Under the pieces are notes generated by a model. That model made no database searches. It was not told the DNA's origin and worked only from the letters and a program-made list of their open reading frames with translations. Shown piece by piece: positions 58,825-64,000 of a stretch of 64,000 nucleotides of DNA. Position 1 is the stretch's first letter. The number at the start of each line of letters is the position of its first letter. This stretch comes from Thermodesulfobacteriota bacterium. Its GTDB lineage: Bacteria; Desulfobacterota; Desulfobulbia; Desulfobulbales; SURF-16. Where the stretch lies: assembly GCA_039715015.1 (NCBI GenBank), contig JBDLIE010000002.1:32001-96000 (forward strand). The letters run 5' to 3'. The position numbers and the translations under genes were made by a program.

Positions 58825-60105
58825 ATGGCATCAAGCACCGATTTTGACAAAGCCTTAGCCGTTGGCCGGCCACCCAATATCAACAAACTCTTCCCCAACT
58901 CCCGGGCTCTCATTGTCAGTGGTAAATATATCGATCTTGCCTTGCAGGCTAAGGGCAAGGCCATGACCATTGCCGCTAATGGCCGTAATAATTTTATTAT
59001 TCGCGGTGCCTTGATGGCCGCGCAAAGGGCCAATGCCGCTATCATCATTGAGATTGCCCGCTCAGAAGGTGGTGCGAAGGCTTACTGCCCGACCAATTAC
59101 TGGAATATTGCCCGTCAGGTTGATCAGGCCATGAATGAACTTGCCATTACTGTACCCGTGGCTATACATGCTGATCATTACGGCATTAAGAGCGAGGCAG
59201 ATATCCCCTTTGCCAAACAGGAGATCCCTTCACTTTTTGATGCAGGCATCACCTCCATTGCCATTGACGCCTCCCACATGATGGATGACAAGAACCTGCT
59301 TGCCAACTTGGAGCTTAACCAGTTCATCCCTGACTGGGCCGGGCTTGAAACAGAGATTGGCGAGATCAAAGGCTCAGAAGGACTCTCCGCAGCACCGGAG
59401 GCAATTTTCCTCATTGCCGGACTCAATGCCCATAATATTTTCCCCAACTGGATCGCCCTCAACAATGGCACCACCCACGGTATTGAAGCAAGTGGCCAAG
59501 GCATCCAGGTAGAGCTGACTGCTGAAATCCATGAAGCACTTACCTCTTACCATGTCAACGGCGCCCAACATGGCACCTCGGGCAATAGCTCCGAGCGCCT
59601 TCGAGAGATTGCTGAAAAAACCCACACAACAAAGGCAAACGTGGCAACTGCCCTGCAGATGCTTTCTTGGGGACTGGAGGTTAATGATTACGGCAATGCC
59701 ATCTTGAATGACGATGGTAGCTTTAAAAAGGTGAAGGGTGAAGGGGTTGGCGAGGAGATGTGGCAAGAGATGGTCGACTATGCTACAGCCCAGGGTTGGA
59801 GCGGTGGTGGTTTTAAAAACCTTAATCTTGTTTTTGAAAACAGGTTCATGGGACAACCAGCAGATATCCGGGAGCGCATGTGTAAACGGGTGGAAGATTT
59901 TGTCTACAACCTTCTCGCCAACGTCTTTAATGCCCAAGACAGCGCTGATTTCTGCGTAGATGCCATTATCAAGGCAGGATCTTATGATCCTGGACCAAAG
60001 GCAAAGAAGATTGAAGATGCCTCAGACTGGTCTCAAGACAAGATCATTACCAAGGCTGCTCTGCTTGATAGCGATAAAGGACCTGAGGGAGATTTCGACG
60101 ATTAA
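58825..60105 (+). CDS. Class II fructose-bisphosphate aldolase family protein
   Basis: HADH, IDASH, ETEIG, GTTHG, QHGTSG and KANVAT motifs; start MASST after GGAG. Confidence 0.85.
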   Translation: MASSTDFDKALAVGRPPNINKLFPNSRALIVSGKYIDLALQAKGKAMTIAANGRNNFIIRGALMAAQRANAAIIIEIARSEGGAKAYCPTNYWNIARQVDQAMNELAITVPVAIHADHYGIKSEADIPFAKQEIPSLFDAGITSIAIDASHMMDDKNLLANLELNQFIPDWAGLETEIGEIKGSEGLSAAPEAIFLIAGLNAHNIFPNWIALNNGTTHGIEASGQGIQVELTAEIHEALTSYHVNGAQHGTSGNSSERLREIAEKTHTTKANVATALQMLSWGLEVNDYGNAILNDDGSFKKVKGEGVGEEMWQEMVDYATAQGWSGGGFKNLNLVFENRFMGQPADIRERMCKRVEDFVYNLLANVFNAQDSADFCVDAIIKAGSYDPGPKAKKIEDASDWSQDKIITKAALLDSDKGPEGDFDD

Positions 60106-60215
60106 TCAGGTGAGGAGTAGAATTCGAATAATCATTTTAGGCACTATGCCCTCACCCTAACTCTCCGGCGTCTCCCTTAGCTCACTTACCTCCCCAAGGA
60201 GAGAGAACTCTAAAT

Positions 60216-60263
60216 AATAAAAAAAAGGCCCGATGTTTAACAACATCGGGCCTTTTTTTTATT
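60216..60263. terminator. Bidirectional intrinsic terminator
   Basis: aataaaaaaaaggcccgatgtt-taac-aacatcgggccttttttttatt between the convergent aldolase and tatA genes. Confidence 0.88.
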
Positions 60264-60282
60264 TATGTAACAAAGGACAAAG

Positions 60283-60534
60283 TTAAACTTTCAATACATT
60301 GGTAATATTCTTGGCCTTGTCCACCTTATCCTTAAGGGCACTGACCTCTTTCATGCCAGGCACTGCATCTTCAACCAGTTTAGCCTTGGCATCATCCACG
60401 TCAGACACAGATTTCTTAAATGATTTTAATCCCTTGCCAAGACCTTCGCCAATCTCGGGCAATTTCTTGCCGCCGAAAACCAAAAAGGCAATGGCCATGA
60501 TAACTATGAGTTCTGGGGTACCCAGTCCAAACAT
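60283..60534 (-). CDS. tatA: Twin-arginine translocase TatA/E subunit
   Basis: MFGLGTPEL..FGGKKLPEIG.GLGKGLKSFK. Confidence 0.92.
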   Translation of the reverse strand: MFGLGTPELIVIMAIAFLVFGGKKLPEIGEGLGKGLKSFKKSVSDVDDAKAKLVEDAVPGMKEVSALKDKVDKAKNITNVLKV

Positions 60535-60563
60535 CTTATTTCTCCTTTGAGGGACAGATTCCT

Positions 60564-60749
60564 TTAGGCGTCTGGAGTATCGTCCTTGTCATCATCGATC
60601 TTCTTAGGATCTTCATCCTTGGTGGCATTCTTGAAGTTCTTAATGCCCTTTCCTATACCGCTGCCAATCTCAGGCAATTTTCCAGCTCCAAAAATAATCA
60701 CGATAATGACGAGGATTACAATTAGTTCCGGCATTCCGAGTCCAAACAT
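60564..60749 (-). CDS. tatA: Twin-arginine translocase TatA/E subunit (second copy)
   Basis: [29 protein letters not shown]. Confidence 0.93.
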   Translation of the reverse strand: MFGLGMPELIVILVIIVIIFGAGKLPEIGSGIGKGIKNFKNATKDEDPKKIDDDKDDTPDA

Positions 60750-60904
60750 CTTTCAGCCTCTCTCTATTTTTTTATCTGCTCTCAACAACAAGCAATGTGA
60801 TACGAAATCATTGATGAGCAAAAACTGCTCACCTGCAATCAAACCAAAAATACCGCACCCCTTGCCGGAGCGCAAAGTATTTTTTGCAGCAGCCCCGCCC
60901 TAAC

Positions 60905-62227
60905 TTAACAGGTACGCCCAGTGAGGGTGTGAGCAAGTTCACGGCAATGGGCCAGGACCTTCTCTTCGTCCAAAGTTTGAAGCCGTCGGTTTTCCATCAC
61001 AACCGTACCATTAATAACAGTGTGAACAACGTCCCCTCCCCTGGCGCCATAAACAAGATGAGACGCCACATTATACATGGGGGTCAAATGAGGCTGGTCA
61101 AGATCAAGGACTATCATATCCGCCCTCTTGCCAACCTCCAGGGAACCGATCAACTGTTCTGCATTCAGCACACGGGCACCGCCCCTGGTGGCCATGTCTA
61201 GGACATCAGGGGCAGGTAAAGCCGTAGGATCTAAGGCGTGGACCTTCTGGAGCTTGGCAGCGCTATCCATTTCAGCGAACATATCAACATCATTATTTGA
61301 AGCGGCACCATCCGTGCCTAATCCGACATCCAAAAGAGCAGAGCGCATCGCGGCAACCGGAGCAACCCCGGAGGCAAGTTTCATGTTACTCTCCGGGCAA
61401 TGGGCAATTTTCGCCCCCCTTTCTGCCAATAAGGCGATCTCTTCAGGACTTACCTCAACACAGTGAGCGGCAAGCACCGAGCTATCCAAAAGACCAAGCC
61501 CCTCAAGATGCTGAACGGGAGACTTGCCGAACTGGTCAACAGCACCCTGCACCTCACTCTTTGTCTCAGAAAGATGGATCACATATCTGCTGCCATGCTC
61601 CACCGCCTTTTCCTTCAAGCGCACCAGGAGATCAGGGGAACAGGTATAAACGGCATGAGGATCAACAGTGACGGTGATAAGGGGATGATTTTCGTACTGG
61701 GCAAACATTTCATCAACGTAGATAAATCCCTGCTCAAGCTCGCCATAATTAGGGGAAGGGAAATCATAAAGAACCTCACCTAGCCAGCCCCGGAGACCGC
61801 TTTGCTCTGCAGCCCGGGCCACATCCTTGGCAAAGAGGTACATGTCGCAAAAACTGGTTGTGCCGCTCTTGATCATTTCCATGGCTGAGAGCAAGGCCCC
61901 CTGATAGACCAGCTCACCGGTGAGCTTGGACTCCACCGGAAAAATATGATCCTGGAGCCAGGTCATAAGGGGCAGGTCATCTGCCAGGCCCCGGAGCAAA
62001 GACATGGAGGCATGGGTATGGACATTGACAAGACCGGGCATGACCAGGCCGCGGCCAACCTCAAGAATTCGGGCACTCCTATACTTTGCGGCAAGATCAT
62101 CTTTGCTGCCCACTTCACAAATGGAATTGCCGGCCACGGCCACGGCGCCGTTATCAATAATGGTCTGTTCATCGTCCATGGTCAGCACTGTACCGCAGAC
62201 CAGGAGCGAGACTTCTGGATGGCTCAT
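60905..62227 (-). CDS. mtaD: MTA/SAH deaminase-like amidohydrolase
   Basis: PGLVNVHTH, IHLSET, AAHCV and GTDGAASNN motifs. Confidence 0.85.
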   Translation of the reverse strand: MSHPEVSLLVCGTVLTMDDEQTIIDNGAVAVAGNSICEVGSKDDLAAKYRSARILEVGRGLVMPGLVNVHTHASMSLLRGLADDLPLMTWLQDHIFPVESKLTGELVYQGALLSAMEMIKSGTTSFCDMYLFAKDVARAAEQSGLRGWLGEVLYDFPSPNYGELEQGFIYVDEMFAQYENHPLITVTVDPHAVYTCSPDLLVRLKEKAVEHGSRYVIHLSETKSEVQGAVDQFGKSPVQHLEGLGLLDSSVLAAHCVEVSPEEIALLAERGAKIAHCPESNMKLASGVAPVAAMRSALLDVGLGTDGAASNNDVDMFAEMDSAAKLQKVHALDPTALPAPDVLDMATRGGARVLNAEQLIGSLEVGKRADMIVLDLDQPHLTPMYNVASHLVYGARGGDVVHTVINGTVVMENRRLQTLDEEKVLAHCRELAHTLTGRTC

Positions 62228-63081
62228 TTTATTCTCCCTACAACTTCTTCCATCAGTCTGACAAAATCACCCTCAGCCTTTTTGGCCTCGGCCAGGATAT
62301 CATCAATTAAAATCGGCTGAAAATTATCAGGGTCATTAACATTGGCCACCATGGCAATGCCTAGAACCCGCAGGCCTGCATGGACGGCGACGATGACCTC
62401 GGGAACCGTTGACATTCCCACCGCCTTGGCTCCACAGTTTTTCAGGTGTCTGGTTTCAGCAGGGGTTTCCAAGCTAGGGCCGGGTATGGCGACATAAGTA
62501 CCTCTGGCCAGCCGTTTAATATTAAGATCTTTGGCACAGCTAAGGGCAATCTCCTGGAGACCCAGATCATAGGCTTGGGAGAGGTCGGGGAAACGCGGCC
62601 CCCACTCTTCAATATTGGCACCGCGAAGGGGATTGTCCGGAATAAAATTAAGATGATCCTCAATCAACATGAGGGTGCCGGGCTTATAGGAAGGCTCCAG
62701 GCCTCCGGCCGCGTTTGAGACCAGAAGAAAACGGGCACCTAATAGTGAAAGCACGCGCAGCGGAAAGGTGATCTGCCGGGTGGAGTAACCCTCGTAATAA
62801 TGAAATCTTCCCTGGAGCACAGCCACCTGTTTCCCAGCCAGTTCACCAAATATAAGCCTGCCGGCATGACTTGTAACAGTGGAACGTGGAAAATGAGGAA
62901 TCTCCTCATAATCCAGGCCCACTGCATTTTCTATGGAGTTGGCAAGGGCCCCAAGACCAGTGCCAAGGATAATGATAATATCAGGAGCGCCGGACAGTTT
63001 CTCTTCAAGAAAACGGACGGTCTCGTTCACCTGTTCACGGTATAAACGTGAGCCAGCAGCCATTTTTTCACCATTTTTCAA
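62224..63081 (-). CDS. punA: Purine-nucleoside phosphorylase (trimeric PNP-I type)
   Basis: LGTGLG, GRFHYYEG, NAAGG, GPSLETPAE and GMSTVPE motifs. Confidence 0.9.
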   Translation of the reverse strand: MKNGEKMAAGSRLYREQVNETVRFLEEKLSGAPDIIIILGTGLGALANSIENAVGLDYEEIPHFPRSTVTSHAGRLIFGELAGKQVAVLQGRFHYYEGYSTRQITFPLRVLSLLGARFLLVSNAAGGLEPSYKPGTLMLIEDHLNFIPDNPLRGANIEEWGPRFPDLSQAYDLGLQEIALSCAKDLNIKRLARGTYVAIPGPSLETPAETRHLKNCGAKAVGMSTVPEVIVAVHAGLRVLGIAMVANVNDPDNFQPILIDDILAEAKKAEGDFVRLMEEVVGRIK

Positions 63082-63331
63082 GATTTTATTGGTAGGATAG
63101 GGCTTTGCGGCCCATCGCCATACCGCGTGACTTGTGCCGAACTGACAATACCCTCAGGCTGGCCCATGCGGACAACAAGAAATTTCAACCTATCCACAAC
63201 AAACTTAATTGACAAAGATTTTTTGTCATTGTCTAGCTTTTTTGATCTGTAAAATAAGGGGGTTAAGTTGCCGGGCAGTCACCCCAAGGAAGTAGAACAC
63301 TCCCATAGAACAAAAGATGAAACCTTGCCCC

Positions 63332-64000
63332 TTAGCCGCTTAACAAAGAGATAAGATCATCAGCCTGTTCAAAGGCTTTCTGGGCATCTTTATAGAGATC
63401 CTTAATGGTTGCCACAGAGAGGGGCAACCCATAGTTTGCAAAAAGTTCAGACAGTGGTGGGTCCAGGAAGGGCAGGCAGAGAGAAGCTCCCTCCTCGCCT
63501 TCCAGGCCAACAACCTCAAGAAGAGCTAGGGTGTCTGCTAAGCACACCACAAGGGGATAGGTTTGGTGCGCTGGAGCGGATCCCGGACTGTGATGGTAGC
63601 CCACTGCCATTTGCAGGGCATCAGGGAAAAGCCAACTTTTCACCAAGAGTCGGCCAAGATCTTCGTGGTTAAGACCTAGGAAGGCAATTTCTTTTTTAGT
63701 GTCATCAAGCTTTTCGCTCTCACCATAGATTTTCACGAGAGATTCGCCTGAAAAGGCAAGAAATATAACCATTTTGCCGATATCATGAATCAGGCCTGCC
63801 ACAAAAAGGCCGCTATCAGCACGGCCCACCTTCTCAGCAATTGTTTTTGCAGCAAGTGCTGTATAAAAGGAGTGTGTCCAAAGTGAATTTACCTTGCCCC
63901 CTTTTTCTCTGAAATCTGAAAAGGTATTAAACATGGCTTTTGCCAGCACCAGGTTACGCACCTCTTCCATACCAAGCACAGCCAAGGCATGGGGTATGGA
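63332..64000 (-). CDS. HDOD domain protein (5' end outside the window)
   Basis: LWTHS, AGLIHDIGK, H..LG..W.FP and YHHSP motifs. Confidence 0.88.
   Translation of the reverse strand, partial: SIPHALAVLGMEEVRNLVLAKAMFNTFSDFREKGGKVNSLWTHSFYTALAAKTIAEKVGRADSGLFVAGLIHDIGKMVIFLAFSGESLVKIYGESEKLDDTKKEIAFLGLNHEDLGRLLVKSWLFPDALQMAVGYHHSPGSAPAHQTYPLVVCLADTLALLEVVGLEGEEGASLCLPFLDPPLSELFANYGLPLSVATIKDLYKDAQKAFEQADDLISLLSG

Noticed and set aside
60149..60210. Degenerate CCCTCACCCTAAC..CTCC..GGAGAG repeat-like sequence after the aldolase gene
   Set aside because: Single, poorly paired copy in the window; cannot be supported as a repeat family without the rest of the genome.
1..64000. Numerous long antisense ORFs (e.g. 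20286-21386, 10542-11435, 56032-56958, 53179-53985); also CRISPR, IS or prophage signals
   Set aside because: The antisense ORFs are shadows of well-supported genes. No repeat-spacer array, transposase, integrase or phage gene was seen.

Overview
A gene-dense chromosomal window. Gene content (2-oxoacid:ferredoxin oxidoreductase, methylmalonyl-CoA pathway, many hybrid kinases, UGA-recoded genes) suggests an anaerobic deltaproteobacterium (Desulfobacterota, possibly Desulfobulbales-like); this is inferred, not shown. It holds an 11-gene propionate/succinate operon with a Na+-translocating methylmalonyl-CoA decarboxylase, two chemoreceptors, comM-amrB-amrA, lplT-aas, an ECF sigma/anti-sigma/vWA trio, ilvY-ilvC, tRNA-Leu(TAA), ClC, fba, two tatA, mtaD and punA. 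Four elements are missing from or broken in the ORF track. (1) A 31-aa precursor peptide (39257-39352) lies between a TonB-dependent receptor and a radical SAM/SPASM maturase. That operon is divergent from a periplasmic binding protein and kinase cascade, making it a candidate modified-peptide signalling circuit in a Gram-negative anaerobe (best candidate for a new system). (2, 3) Two probable selenoproteins, an exported rhodanese with CxU and an ArsC/Spx-fold protein with UxxC, each have a hairpin 15-16 nt after the UGA. (4) A frameshifted CPBP protease pseudogene. A second TonB receptor-YfiR-kinase module parallels the first. No CRISPR array, rRNA, transposase or integrase was seen. All calls come from reading motifs by eye; no database searches were run.
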